From NCBI GenBank assembly GCA_963822445.1, contig CAWGHO010000002.1, positions 480,001 through 544,000 on the forward strand: a stretch of DNA of 64,000 bases, in the 5' to 3' direction. Below, piece after piece: positions 48,985 to 59,502 of the stretch. Position numbers and translations under genes: made by a program. The notes under the pieces were generated by a model, which did no database searches, was not told where the DNA came from, and saw nothing but the letters and a program-made list of their open reading frames with translations. Each line of letters starts with the position of its first letter. Within the stretch, counting starts at the first letter, position 1. Source of the DNA: an uncultured Acidobacteriota bacterium. Lineage in GTDB: Bacteria; Acidobacteriota; Thermoanaerobaculia; Gp7-AA8.

Positions 48985-51285
48985 CTACTCCACCGCCTCC
49001 GACGCCATGAAAATCCACACCGCGCCAGTACCGTCGTCATCCTCGAAACCACCGATGGCCGCGGTATTGCCGTCAGCGGAGATAGCCAGTGACTTCCCTT
49101 GGTTCGCGTTCCCGACAGAACCCGCACCGAGCAGTTTAGGTCCCCGTTGATGCCACACGCCATCGCGCTTCCTCCAAACCCATGCGCCACCGGCACCACT
49201 ATTGTCGCTGATTCCTCCAACCAAGGCCGTCATCCCGTCAGCCGACAAACACACAGAGAAACCCTGTCCAGGATTACCAATGAAGCCCGACCCGACGAGC
49301 TTCGGTCGATAAGGACTCCATACCCCTCCCTTGCTTCTCGTCCAGATCCAAGCGGCACCGATGAAATTGTTGTCTTTGCGACCGCCTACGAGTGCCGTAT
49401 TGCCGTCGGCCGAGAGCGAGACGGAGACCCCTTGAAAAGCGGGTCCCATGGCGTCTGTCCCGATGAGCTTCGTTCCTTGGTGAGACCACCTCCCGTCCTG
49501 TCTGATTAACGGCCAGACGGCACCATTGGTGTCATCGTCGGCATGGCCGCCGACGAGAGCCGTTTTGCCGTCAGCCGAAAGCGCTACTGAATATCCGTAA
49601 TCGGCCTGGCCGAACGCGCCTAGAGGAACTAGCTTCGGTCCATCCTGTGTCCAGACGTCGCCGCTTCTCGTCCAGATCCAAACGGCACCGATCTGATCGT
49701 TGTCCAGCCACCCACCCACGATGGCGGTATTGCCGTCCGCGGACAGTGCGACAGCCGCCCCTTGGTAGCTTTGGCCAACGAACCCCGAACCGACCAGTTT
49801 CGGTCCTTGCTGCCTCCATGCCCCGCCCTTCCTCGTCCAAATCCATACAGCTCCGACCCGGCTCCCATCACTGGAACCACCCACAATGGCCGTGTCACCG
49901 TCAGCGGAAAGCGCCACCGCGGTGCCTTGAACACTTCCCTCGCCTCCCGAACCCACCAGCTTCGGTCCATCCTGGGTCCACACGTCACCCTCTCTCGTCC
50001 AGACCCAAGCCGCGCCAGTACCACCGTTGTCGCCCCAACCCCCAACGATGAGGGTATTGCCGGCCGCCGAGAGCGCCACCGATGAGCCCTGAAGAGCGTA
50101 CCCTACGGCCCCGGTGCCAATGAGCTTTGGGCCTTTCTGCGAAAACAGTGCAGCGCCCGGCGTCGACGCACCTAACGTCTTCGGATCTCTGAGAGCGGCG
50201 CTACCTTCGCGAGCGAACGGATCCGTTGGCTGTTCGTCCCGCGAGCCTTTCAGCAGCCATCCGCCACCGAAGGCTAATGCAAGGAAGACGATTGCGATAC
50301 TTGCTAGCGCGAGCGACCGTCGAGTCGCCGAAATTTTCCGCACAAGCGGAGACGTCGAGGTCATCTCTGAGCCGGTTTTCCGAAGCGGTGGTGCGACACC
50401 GTGGCTGCTCCTGATTTTGACTGTCGCCGCGTCGTTAGGGACCGCCGGAAGCGCCGGACTTGTGGTTTCGCGTGTGGACGCGGGCTGAAATTCCCTAAGG
50501 TCACGGGCAATATCAGCAGCATCATCGTAGCGATCGGTCGGCCTTTTTTGTAAGCAGCGGGCGACAATCTCGCCTATTCGGCCAGGAATGCGCTCCGTGG
50601 ACTCGAGGTGGATCGCGCGCATGGTGTTCACATCTGTCGCACGACGAAACGGATGCTTGCCCGTGAACGCTTCATACAGGACGACGCCAAACGAAAAGAT
50701 ATCCGTGCGATAGTCGAGCCGGCGCAGACCATCGGTTTGTTCGGGCGAAAAATAGTCAACCGTTCCGACAATCGTGCCGCTCGTCGTGACGGTTGAGCCG
50801 GCACTTTTCGCCAAGCCGAAGTCGACGATGCGGGCCCGATTGTCGGTGCCGATCATGATGTTCGCTGGCTTCAGATCGCGATGCACCACACCGGCTTGGT
50901 GCACTGCGGCCAGTCCATCGGCGACCTCGCACAGCCAGCGCAGAATTTGGTCCTTACCTGACCGCCGCGTGCGTTCTCGCAGTGAATCTCCTTCGATGAA
51001 CTCCATGACGAGATACGGAACGTCACGGCCGCCGTGGTCCTCGATTGCGAATTCGAAGATACCCACGATATTGGGGTGTGAGAGCCCTGCTAACGTGCGC
51101 GCTTCACGCGTGAACCGCTCGCGGTCGTGGGGGCCGGAGCCCAGAAGCAACTTGATCGCTACATCGCGTTGGAGCATGGGGTCTTTGGCTCGATACACCT
51201 CGCCTTGGCCGCCAGCCGGCAAGACGTCGGCGATCTCGAAGCGACCGAATCGCTGGCCGATACTGAGAGTAGGAGTCGCGTTCAC
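48985..51285 (-). CDS. Hanks-type Ser/Thr kinase with TM helix and C-terminal beta-propeller repeats
   Basis: VAIK, HRDLKPAN, DFG, then a TM segment and about six to seven GPKL.G...QG.SVALSADG.TA.VGG repeats. Confidence 0.92.
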   Translation of the reverse strand: MNATPTLSIGQRFGRFEIADVLPAGGQGEVYRAKDPMLQRDVAIKLLLGSGPHDRERFTREARTLAGLSHPNIVGIFEFAIEDHGGRDVPYLVMEFIEGDSLRERTRRSGKDQILRWLCEVADGLAAVHQAGVVHRDLKPANIMIGTDNRARIVDFGLAKSAGSTVTTSGTIVGTVDYFSPEQTDGLRRLDYRTDIFSFGVVLYEAFTGKHPFRRATDVNTMRAIHLESTERIPGRIGEIVARCLQKRPTDRYDDAADIARDLREFQPASTRETTSPALPAVPNDAATVKIRSSHGVAPPLRKTGSEMTSTSPLVRKISATRRSLALASIAIVFLALAFGGGWLLKGSRDEQPTDPFAREGSAALRDPKTLGASTPGAALFSQKGPKLIGTGAVGYALQGSSVALSAAGNTLIVGGWGDNGGTGAAWVWTREGDVWTQDGPKLVGSGGEGSVQGTAVALSADGDTAIVGGSSDGSRVGAVWIWTRKGGAWRQQGPKLVGSGFVGQSYQGAAVALSADGNTAIVGGWLDNDQIGAVWIWTRSGDVWTQDGPKLVPLGAFGQADYGYSVALSADGKTALVGGHADDDTNGAVWPLIRQDGRWSHQGTKLIGTDAMGPAFQGVSVSLSADGNTALVGGRKDNNFIGAAWIWTRSKGGVWSPYRPKLVGSGFIGNPGQGFSVCLSADGMTALVGGISDNSGAGGAWVWRKRDGVWHQRGPKLLGAGSVGNANQGKSLAISADGNTAAIGGFEDDDGTGAVWIFMASEAVE

Positions 51286-51514
51286 GGGGATGCGATGATT
51301 CTACCGGAACTACATCAATACGGTTCCTACGCGATGACGACGTCGGCATCGACTTCAAACAGGAATGCGTCTGCGAGTCGACGAAGGCGGTTCGGGATCG
51401 TCATCAGGAGTAGCGCTGGATCGCTGCTCGACCACGCACCGCGAATCACACCTCAGAAAGTCCTCACCTTTCCGGATTATCCTCGGTGACCGCGCCGTGT
51501 AAGTGGACCCCACG

Positions 51515-51772
51515 TTACTTGGGGAGAAGCTTTGCGACGTCTTCTTTGTCGAAAACAGAGGTCAGATCGCTGACCTTGCACGGCAGCGCGGCCGCGATCC
51601 GTAGAAGTGTCACGAGATTCGGCAGAAGGATGCCGCGTTCGATGTCGCTGATGTGACTCTGCCGTAGCCCCGTGCGCTCCGCCAACACCACCTGTGTAAC
51701 ATTTCTGTCTTCCCGCAGGACTCGTATCCGCTCTCCGAGCAATTCGCCGGCGCGCGTGCTCGAGTCCTTCAT
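51515..51772 (-). CDS. XRE family HTH regulator
   Basis: LGERIRVLRE...TQVVLAERTGL.QSHISDIERG..LPNL. Confidence 0.88.
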   Translation of the reverse strand: MKDSSTRAGELLGERIRVLREDRNVTQVVLAERTGLRQSHISDIERGILLPNLVTLLRIAAALPCKVSDLTSVFDKEDVAKLLPK

Positions 51773-51784
51773 GCAATGAACCCC

Positions 51785-51818
51785 TTGACTATCGGTTTGG
51801 ACGTATATATGTTTAAAC
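51785..51818. promoter_or_regulatory. Divergent promoter with palindromic operator candidate
   Basis: TTGACT -35-like hexamer followed by GTTTGGAC-GTATATAT-GTTTAAAC. Confidence 0.5.
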
Positions 51819-51841
51819 AGATTCGCGCGAGGAGCGCACAC

Positions 51842-52327
51842 ATGCTCGACCCCGACGTCATCAACCGCATCCGCCACATCTTCCTACACCACCGCCCGCA
51901 CGTCAGCATCTCCACTGCAACGGTACTCCTCGGCTGGACGCATCGCCAGATGACCGACGCCATCGCAGCCGGCGACGTGGAACTGAAGACCACGCCCCTC
52001 GGCAAATGGTTCTGGCGCGAAGAACTGATGGCCAAAGCGCTGGAGACCTGGCCCCTCGACACCATCGAGGAAGCCCTCGGCAGCGACGCCGACCGAGTCC
52101 TCCCGGACGCCCTGCGCACCGCCGAGCTCCGCGTCCGCCTCCCCCGCCACCAAATCGCCATGCTCGAGTACAGGGCGGAACAGGAGCAGACCACCATCAG
52201 CGGCGTGCTCGCCAGAGAGCTCGATGGCATGGCCAGTATCCACGCTGAAGAGCTGTCCGCCGTCATCCCCGGCTTCGCGGCTGCCTTCGCCTGGCCGGAC
52301 GCTGAACCCGCTGGTCTCCCGTGTTGA
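51842..52327 (+). CDS. Hypothetical protein, putative DNA-binding
   Basis: 161 aa, GAGGAG RBS, paralogue of 36488-36829. Confidence 0.75.
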   Translation: MLDPDVINRIRHIFLHHRPHVSISTATVLLGWTHRQMTDAIAAGDVELKTTPLGKWFWREELMAKALETWPLDTIEEALGSDADRVLPDALRTAELRVRLPRHQIAMLEYRAEQEQTTISGVLARELDGMASIHAEELSAVIPGFAAAFAWPDAEPAGLPC

Positions 52328-52487
52328 CCGGGTCGTCCGCGATGTCGCGAAGCCGTCACCACGCCGACGATACGTTGCGAAGTAGGCAGCTGGAGGTCCG
52401 TCTCCCGCCCGCCCCGTAGCGTACGGCGCCAAGCCGTGCATCTCCCGTGCTTGACCTCCACTGGCTTCTCACATTCAATCCTCAGCC

Positions 52488-55400
52488 GTGCCTGGCGCGA
52501 ACTACGCATGGACTCGCTTCTGGTGTTCACGAGAGGGAAGCTACAGCCTCACGACTGAGGGTTTCCTCAGGGAACCGTACAAGAAACACCCGAACATTGG
52601 CGACGTCAAAGCGTTCGCGCTGATCGCCGACACCCCCGTACTGCTCCTCCTGGGTGAACCGGGTATCGGTAAGACATTCGCCATCACCGCCGAACGCGAC
52701 TCCATCAGAGCGGCCGTCGCCGTCCGTGGCGAGCAAATTCTATGGCCGGACCTTCAAGCCATAAGCACACCAGAAGCCTTCGACAGATTTGTTGTGAATG
52801 CCCCTGAGTTCCAAGCTTGGCTTAGAGGAGATGCAGTCCTGCATCTATACCTGGATGCGCTGGACGAATGCATGCTGCGCGTTCGGATACTCGGCCGGCT
52901 TTTAACAAACGCATTGCAGCAAGGTCCTGCCGAACGACTGTGGTTACGCCTGACATGCCGGACGGCAGAGTGGAGCAATGAACTTGAGACGGATTTGAAA
53001 CGACTCCTCGGGACCAACCGGGTAAAAGCGTTTGAGCTTCTGCCACTAACCAAAACCGACGTGGCCAGGGCCGTCGCAGCTAACGAGATCGATGAAGCGA
53101 CCTTCTTTAAATATGTGCAGCGGACAGGCGCCTCCGCGCTTGCGAGCCGCCCAGTCCCGCTCGATTTTCTTATCCGTTGCTTTCGACGTGGCGACCTCCC
53201 TGCCAACCAGATCGAGCTTTACGAACGCGGCTGTCTGGCGCTTTGTGAAGAATCTGAACACCGGATCGAGACCGGCCTCCCGCCGGTCTTGACCGCGCTC
53301 GAACGCCTTGCGATAGCTAAACGACTCGCGGCATGCACGATCTTCAGTACGCGCTCAGTCCTACTTCTTGGCCGCGACGACTCCGATATGCCTGCAGATG
53401 CTCTGCGAATGACCGAGCTGGCTGGAGGACACGAACGTCTTGGCAGCTCGAGTCTCGAAGTAACCGAGGCTGCCCTGAGGGACGCCCTAGACACGGGCCT
53501 ATTCACGTCTCGCGGAGCGAAGGTTCTCGGCTGGGCGCATCACACCTACGAGGAGTACCTTGCCGCGCGATATGTGAGCGACAGCAATCTGTCACCACAA
53601 CAGGTTCTGGCGCTGATCGTTCATCCAGACGATCCCGATCGGAAGCTCACCCCGCAATTGCACGGAGTAGCGGCATGGCTGGCCGCAATGCATGCCGACA
53701 TTTTCGATTACGTGCTGAAGCATGAGCCAGAATTGATTCTTCTGAGCGATGTTGTCGTCCAGCGCGACGAGGATCGTGCGCGGCTAGTTGCCGAGCTACT
53801 GTCGCGAAAGCGCGCGCAGCAACTCGCGCGCATCGACGTGATGATGTACTCCAAATTCCGAAAACTCGCGCATGCCCAGATTGCTGACCAGCTTCGACCA
53901 ATACTGATGAATAGTAGCGAGCCGGACGAGTTGCGCGAGGTCGTAGCCGACATGGCGGAGTACACGGAATGCTCGCTACTGATCCCGGAACTCACTCAGG
54001 TCGCTCTCGATACAACTCAGCCGGTCGGTGTACGTATTGACGCCGCTGGTGCGGTCGTGCAATTAGGCGATGACGAGCAACGTGCTGCGTTAAAGCCGTT
54101 GCTCGACACGCCGGCAACCTCGCGTGAAGAGCGCTGGCTCATCCGCCAGGCCCTCAGGGCCGCGTGGCCGCACGCGCTTTCTGCCGAGGAGCTTTTTGAG
54201 TTCCTGGGCCCGAAACGGCTTCGGCTCGGCACGATCGGTGATGACTACGTGCTCGTTGAACATATTCGGGAGACGCTAACTAGTGACCGTCTCATCCCGG
54301 CACTCAGATGGGTTCTTCGACGCGTGCAAGCGCTGCCCGAAGGTCCGACGATCAAACTCGGCGACGCTCTCCAGCGGTTCGAAGACGGCATCGTCGTTAA
54401 GGCGTGGCGCTCAAATGACGACGCCGTCACGGCAAAGCTGGCCGAGATCGTCGTTGAGAAGATCCGCCGCTATGAGCCGCTCATTTCTCGCGACGACCTC
54501 GATGACGACGACGTCAGCGATCAACAGCTCCTGAGTGACGTATCGCGCAGGCAAAGGTTCGCATCGTTCTTACTTGCTGCGCTTGCTCGCCGTCGCAAGG
54601 TCATCTCGCCCTGGATAATGTTCGAGAAGACGCCATATCTGCAACGCGACGACCTGCCTTGGCTCGTGAAGCGTCAGGCGGAAGTACCACATCGCCCGAA
54701 AGAGGCGGCTCTCGAAGCGAATCTCATTCTGGCCTTTGCCGATTTGACGGTTCCATCGGCGTTCGATCTGATATTGACCGCCGCACGCAGCAATGCCGTG
54801 CTGGCAGAACGCATAAGGAACACGTGCGCCGCCATACCGCTCGACTCGGAAGAAGCTCGCAGAGCGCGGCGAGATCATACGGAGATCCAGGAGTTGTCGC
54901 AGCGGCGAGCGAGTCGCAGAAACAACCGCGAGCAGCCGGATAACGGTGCTCAGGTGGTCGAGTGGCTTGAAGCGACGGAGAAGCGACCGTGTCTCTTCTG
55001 GCGGTTGTTGGACGAGATGGCACGCGCACCAGACGACCGCTACGCCAACTCGATGAATCTCGACGTCCAGAGCTTTCCTGCCTGGATGACTGCGCCCGAC
55101 AGCACACGTCTGCGGATCATCCGCGCCGCGGAACGGTTCGTCCGTCACTGTGATTCCGACGCTGACGCTTGGTTCGGGACGCAACAATTCGCACGATCAG
55201 CGATGGGGGCTGTTCGCGCACTAACACTGCTGAAGACGATAGCGCCGGATCAGTTCGCGTCGCTAGGTTCGGACATATGGACGAAATGGACTCCCGCTCT
55301 TCTCGGGATTCCAAACAACGATCCGACCGTGCCATTACTAGCAACGGCCTATCGACATGCTCCAGGTGAAGTGACTCGAAGAATCCAACAGCTGGTCCGC

Positions 55401-56660
55401 GTCAAAGAGGCTTACGTCGTCCACAAGCTGTCGGACATCTTGGACGACAGGCTGACGTCCGCGATCATCGAAGTTGCACGAGAGGGTGGACTGCCTGACG
55501 ATACGCTGACCCGGCTGCTTGAACCGCTCCTTGAGAATGCGACCGCGCGGATGTTCGCTGAGTCGCTGGTCCGCAGCGCTCTAATGACGGAGTCTCGGCA
55601 GACAGCAGCAGCCGTGGCGGCCACACTGTTATTGCGTACGCCAAACGAATCGTGGGAAACGATTTGGCCGCTGATAACTACTGAAACTGCGTTTGGCCGT
55701 GCGGTAATCGAGCGTGCGGTCGATTCTGACCACTTTGAAGCCGCACCGGTGTACATTCTCGAAGAGAGGCGCGTGGCGGATCTATACTTGTGGCTGACCC
55801 GTGAGTACCCGCCGCGCAAAGATCCACAGCATGAGGGCGGATTTACTCCGGACACACGGGACAACGTCTCTTCGTGGCGTTCGCGATGCCTCGACAGCCT
55901 GAAACGGAAGGGAACGCGAGCTGCCTGCGACGCGTTGCGGCGGCTTGCCGCGGCGCTTCCCGAACAGAGCTACCTGCCAACACTGGTCGTAGAAGCTGAA
56001 TCGGTGCGTCGCCAGAAATCGTGGCGACCTACGCCAGTGGCTACGCTTCGGCAACTGCTCACCGATCGGTCGCGACGTCAGGTTCGCAGTGAGACCGAGC
56101 TCGCCGACGTCATCGTCGAATCGCTTGAACAACTCCAAGCAAAACTCCAAGGTGAGACGCCGGCCGCGTTCGATCTCTGGAACACATCGCCGTACAAACC
56201 AAAAACCGAGAATGAATGTTCGAGTTACATCGCGCGCTACCTCCGGGATGAACTCAAGAACCGCGGAGTGATTCTGGCTCGCGAAGTCGAGATCCGGCCG
56301 ACTGCCTCAGTCAGTAGCGGCGAGCGCACCGACATCCATGTCGACGTCGCAGGCGACGTGCAAGGGCGCACACAGGTATTCAGCGTTATCGTGGAGTTGA
56401 AGGGCTGTTGGAACCGAGGCGTTCATGGAGATATGACCGATCAACTCGCCCGGCGCTATCTTCGTGACAACGCCACGCAAACCGGTATCTTCCTCGTAGC
56501 ATGGTTCCAATGCGCTGTGTGGGGTACGCCGGACTATCGGAAGCGGAAGTGTCTAAGCGACCGGGGAACGCTTTTAAGTAGCCTCAATGATGAAGCGAGG
56601 ACTCTTCGGGGCGAGGGATTCGACATTCGGCCGATTGTCCTCGATTGTTCGCTTCGGTGA
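52488..56660 (+). CDS. NACHT/STAND NTPase with HEAT-like repeats and C-terminal PD-(D/E)xK nuclease-like domain
   Basis: GEPGIGKT Walker A, LYLDALDE Walker B, LTCR, then C-terminal E...REVEI...RTDI...IVELKG. Confidence 0.82.
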   Translation: MPGANYAWTRFWCSREGSYSLTTEGFLREPYKKHPNIGDVKAFALIADTPVLLLLGEPGIGKTFAITAERDSIRAAVAVRGEQILWPDLQAISTPEAFDRFVVNAPEFQAWLRGDAVLHLYLDALDECMLRVRILGRLLTNALQQGPAERLWLRLTCRTAEWSNELETDLKRLLGTNRVKAFELLPLTKTDVARAVAANEIDEATFFKYVQRTGASALASRPVPLDFLIRCFRRGDLPANQIELYERGCLALCEESEHRIETGLPPVLTALERLAIAKRLAACTIFSTRSVLLLGRDDSDMPADALRMTELAGGHERLGSSSLEVTEAALRDALDTGLFTSRGAKVLGWAHHTYEEYLAARYVSDSNLSPQQVLALIVHPDDPDRKLTPQLHGVAAWLAAMHADIFDYVLKHEPELILLSDVVVQRDEDRARLVAELLSRKRAQQLARIDVMMYSKFRKLAHAQIADQLRPILMNSSEPDELREVVADMAEYTECSLLIPELTQVALDTTQPVGVRIDAAGAVVQLGDDEQRAALKPLLDTPATSREERWLIRQALRAAWPHALSAEELFEFLGPKRLRLGTIGDDYVLVEHIRETLTSDRLIPALRWVLRRVQALPEGPTIKLGDALQRFEDGIVVKAWRSNDDAVTAKLAEIVVEKIRRYEPLISRDDLDDDDVSDQQLLSDVSRRQRFASFLLAALARRRKVISPWIMFEKTPYLQRDDLPWLVKRQAEVPHRPKEAALEANLILAFADLTVPSAFDLILTAARSNAVLAERIRNTCAAIPLDSEEARRARRDHTEIQELSQRRASRRNNREQPDNGAQVVEWLEATEKRPCLFWRLLDEMARAPDDRYANSMNLDVQSFPAWMTAPDSTRLRIIRAAERFVRHCDSDADAWFGTQQFARSAMGAVRALTLLKTIAPDQFASLGSDIWTKWTPALLGIPNNDPTVPLLATAYRHAPGEVTRRIQQLVRVKEAYVVHKLSDILDDRLTSAIIEVAREGGLPDDTLTRLLEPLLENATARMFAESLVRSALMTESRQTAAAVAATLLLRTPNESWETIWPLITTETAFGRAVIERAVDSDHFEAAPVYILEERRVADLYLWLTREYPPRKDPQHEGGFTPDTRDNVSSWRSRCLDSLKRKGTRAACDALRRLAAALPEQSYLPTLVVEAESVRRQKSWRPTPVATLRQLLTDRSRRQVRSETELADVIVESLEQLQAKLQGETPAAFDLWNTSPYKPKTENECSSYIARYLRDELKNRGVILAREVEIRPTASVSSGERTDIHVDVAGDVQGRTQVFSVIVELKGCWNRGVHGDMTDQLARRYLRDNATQTGIFLVAWFQCAVWGTPDYRKRKCLSDRGTLLSSLNDEARTLRGEGFDIRPIVLDCSLR

Positions 56661-56770
56661 TAACGGCATGCGTCACGAAGTCCCGAGGCACTAGGATACC
56701 CGCGCGCCACCTGAACGAAAGTCTCAAGCCGTTCGAGCTCGCGGCCGCCGCCCGGTGCCCGGCGCGACCA

Positions 56771-58927
56771 TCACTCCAGCCGCCGAAACCACACGTGGGC
56801 CGTCTTTTTGTCGGCGTGTCCTCCCGTCCAGGTGGTCCGATCGAGGATCGCGTCGGCGAGCAGGGGTAGCTTCTTATCGCGAACGGCTGCGTGGCATCGC
56901 TCCATGAAGTCCTCCGTACAGTCGAGCGACAGCCGGTGGTACGTCCCGTCCGATCGGGACTTCCAACGCAGGGTCGCGAATCGTCTCGTTGCGATGGCCC
57001 AGGCAGTCGCGCGCTCATACTCCTTCCGCGTCCTCATCACCCGTAACAGCATCAGCGCGATCTCATGCAGGAACTCGTATTTGGCCCGGCGCGCGGTGCG
57101 CGATCCGTGATTCTTGCGTAACGTCGTGGCGCGACCCTTCGCCAGCGAGCACTCATGACAAAGCGCCGATAGCCCGCCTTTCATGACTTTCGCGATGCAC
57201 GGCCAGACGTATCGCTGCGCCCCACACTCCGGGCAAATCGCCAGAAGCATGTTCCGGCCCCTCGGCTTCGGCGGGACCCGTACTTTGCGACGCGCCACCT
57301 CGCTTCGTAACTCCGGTAACGCCTCCCCTGCTTCACGGAGCTGGTAGTACACGCGACGGGCAGCGGTCGGTGGCCACTTCAGTTGGCGACCCATCCCTTT
57401 GAATGTCACCGTCTCCGCGGCCTGGGCAACATCCCGGACGGCGGCCTGCGCAAGGTGCGGCAGGGTCCACATCGCGCGCCGCAGCCATCGAACCAATGAG
57501 GCGTCCGATCGGACGCCGATCATTGCCGGCGAACGCTTGGTGGTGGCGATGCTTCTCAGAATCCGGCGGGGGCCGCCGGCGCGAATCTTTTCTCCTTCAG
57601 CAAGGCAGCGTGTCACGACGGCGAACTCGGGCTCCGCCTGGCATCCAAAGCAGATCATGAAGTCATGTGGCTCGGTTCCCAGGAAGAAGAAAACCACAGG
57701 AGCGCGAACCAGATCGACACGCCGCCAGCCGATTGTGAATCCGACGCTCATGCGCCCGTCCAGAACCAGATAGGCGCCGTGGTTCTCGACCGTGAAGCTT
57801 CTCGACAAGGCCTGCGCTACGTGATGTTTGGCGTCCGCGATCGGGGCAGCGAAGACATCGTCCAGCACCGACTCGACCAAACGTGCCTGCGTCATATCCT
57901 TCAGCCCGATACGGGTCATCTCGCGCAACAGCGACGCTGGAAGGTCGCCCCAGCGATCATGAGCCGCTCGCGCTTCGCGAATGAGACGGGCCTGGGTCGT
58001 GAGGTCCGCCCGCCGTCGCTCGATGAGCCGAATTCGGGCTCGTTCAAAGATCTCTCGAGGAATCAGCGGTTCATATGCGTCTTCGACGGCGATCTCTTCG
58101 TCCGGTGTTCGAAGCGTTCCGATTCCCGCATATCGAGCGTTCCCCAGCATGTCCACGATCGTTCCTACCGTCCAAACGCTGCCGCCGGGCGACATCAGAC
58201 CGTCGTCGTTCAGCTCTCTGGCGATCGTGGCAGGGCGTTTACAGCGCTCCACGAATGATTCGAAGATTCTGGTGACGGTCGCACTCGTCTCATCGCGAGC
58301 CGGTGCGAGTTTCGTCTTCTGGCAGCTGACGGCCTTTCGACGTCCGCGCGGCAGGTCCTGGACCAAGCGCCCGTCGGGCTCGACGAGAACGCGCTTCATC
58401 CCGTAAGGCGGCGGTCCTCCGCTGTGAAATCCGCGGGACGCGCTTCGCGTCTTCCCATGTGTGATGATCCGCGATTTCTCGCGGCTGAATTCAGCCGCCA
58501 GCACGCGCTTCATCGACTTCTGCAAAGCAGCGTACGGCGTGTGGTCAGACCCGAAACTCTCCTCGACATAGACCACCTGGACGTGATGCCGGAAGCAGAG
58601 AAAGTCGTAATAGGCCGATTCATCGATATTGTCGAATCGGCCCCACCGCGACACGTCCCGCACCAGAATGGCGTCGAAGTCAGCGGCGCCGGAGACGACG
58701 ATCTCGATAAGTCTTGTGAACTCCGATCGCCCTCCAGCGTCACGTCCCGATGCGCTTTCGCTGAAGACCGCCACGACCTCGTATCCGAGCTTAGCGGCGT
58801 ACGCGCGCAGGATCTCCTCCTGAATTTCGAGCGAGTCTGCCTGGAGCTCCTGGTTGGTGGACCGCCGCAGGTAGAGAGCTACCCGACGAGGCCAGCGTTC
58901 AGGGGCACGAGGACGCTTCTTACGCAT
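56771..58927 (-). CDS. Large serine recombinase
   Basis: YLRRST..Q..S...Q catalytic motif, DVSRWGR, GGPPPYG recombinase domain, C-terminal CPEC/CHEC. Confidence 0.88.
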   Translation of the reverse strand: MRKKRPRAPERWPRRVALYLRRSTNQELQADSLEIQEEILRAYAAKLGYEVVAVFSESASGRDAGGRSEFTRLIEIVVSGAADFDAILVRDVSRWGRFDNIDESAYYDFLCFRHHVQVVYVEESFGSDHTPYAALQKSMKRVLAAEFSREKSRIITHGKTRSASRGFHSGGPPPYGMKRVLVEPDGRLVQDLPRGRRKAVSCQKTKLAPARDETSATVTRIFESFVERCKRPATIARELNDDGLMSPGGSVWTVGTIVDMLGNARYAGIGTLRTPDEEIAVEDAYEPLIPREIFERARIRLIERRRADLTTQARLIREARAAHDRWGDLPASLLREMTRIGLKDMTQARLVESVLDDVFAAPIADAKHHVAQALSRSFTVENHGAYLVLDGRMSVGFTIGWRRVDLVRAPVVFFFLGTEPHDFMICFGCQAEPEFAVVTRCLAEGEKIRAGGPRRILRSIATTKRSPAMIGVRSDASLVRWLRRAMWTLPHLAQAAVRDVAQAAETVTFKGMGRQLKWPPTAARRVYYQLREAGEALPELRSEVARRKVRVPPKPRGRNMLLAICPECGAQRYVWPCIAKVMKGGLSALCHECSLAKGRATTLRKNHGSRTARRAKYEFLHEIALMLLRVMRTRKEYERATAWAIATRRFATLRWKSRSDGTYHRLSLDCTEDFMERCHAAVRDKKLPLLADAILDRTTWTGGHADKKTAHVWFRRLE

Positions 58928-59036
58928 TCGGGTACCCTTGTTAAGAGGAGTGTCGCGCGAGCCTGATCTCTTACCCGGTCTTGGGCGATAGGGTAGGGAT
59001 CGCTCCCCGTGTGTCACTCCTCTTCCGGGAGGCTTT

Positions 59037-59474
59037 GTGCGTTTTCTAAGCTGGGGATTATTGGCTGCACTGGTTGCAGGAGCCGCGATTGCTGAACAAC
59101 CGAACGATTGCGGCGTCCGAGACGCGCTCTACCCGGCCAGCTTCGCTACGGCGAGCATGCTCAACGGGGAGTTCTGGGCTCAGGCGTCACCGGACGTTCG
59201 GCACTTCTACGTACGTACGGCGACTGAGGCGGTGAAGGCAAGCCAGACGGCTCCACCGCCGGCTAGCGTGGTCGGCTGGACCTATCCGCAGTTCGTCGAG
59301 TGGATCGACGAGTTCTACGCGAGCGACGTTCGCTTTCAGCGGCTTCCGGTAGCGGTGGTATTCACGTACGCAATGCGCGCACGAAACGGTGAAACGCGGG
59401 AAGCGCTTACGCGCGACGCCAAGGACATGCTCCAGCGTCTGCGGAGGATCGATCCAAACCACGAGGACCGGTGA
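59037..59474 (+). CDS. Hypothetical secreted protein
   Basis: GGAGG RBS, signal peptide with AIA-E cleavage site. Confidence 0.65.
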   Translation: MRFLSWGLLAALVAGAAIAEQPNDCGVRDALYPASFATASMLNGEFWAQASPDVRHFYVRTATEAVKASQTAPPPASVVGWTYPQFVEWIDEFYASDVRFQRLPVAVVFTYAMRARNGETREALTRDAKDMLQRLRRIDPNHEDR

Positions 59475-59502
59475 TCGAAGCGAGGCAGGCCCACAGCTCG
59501 AC

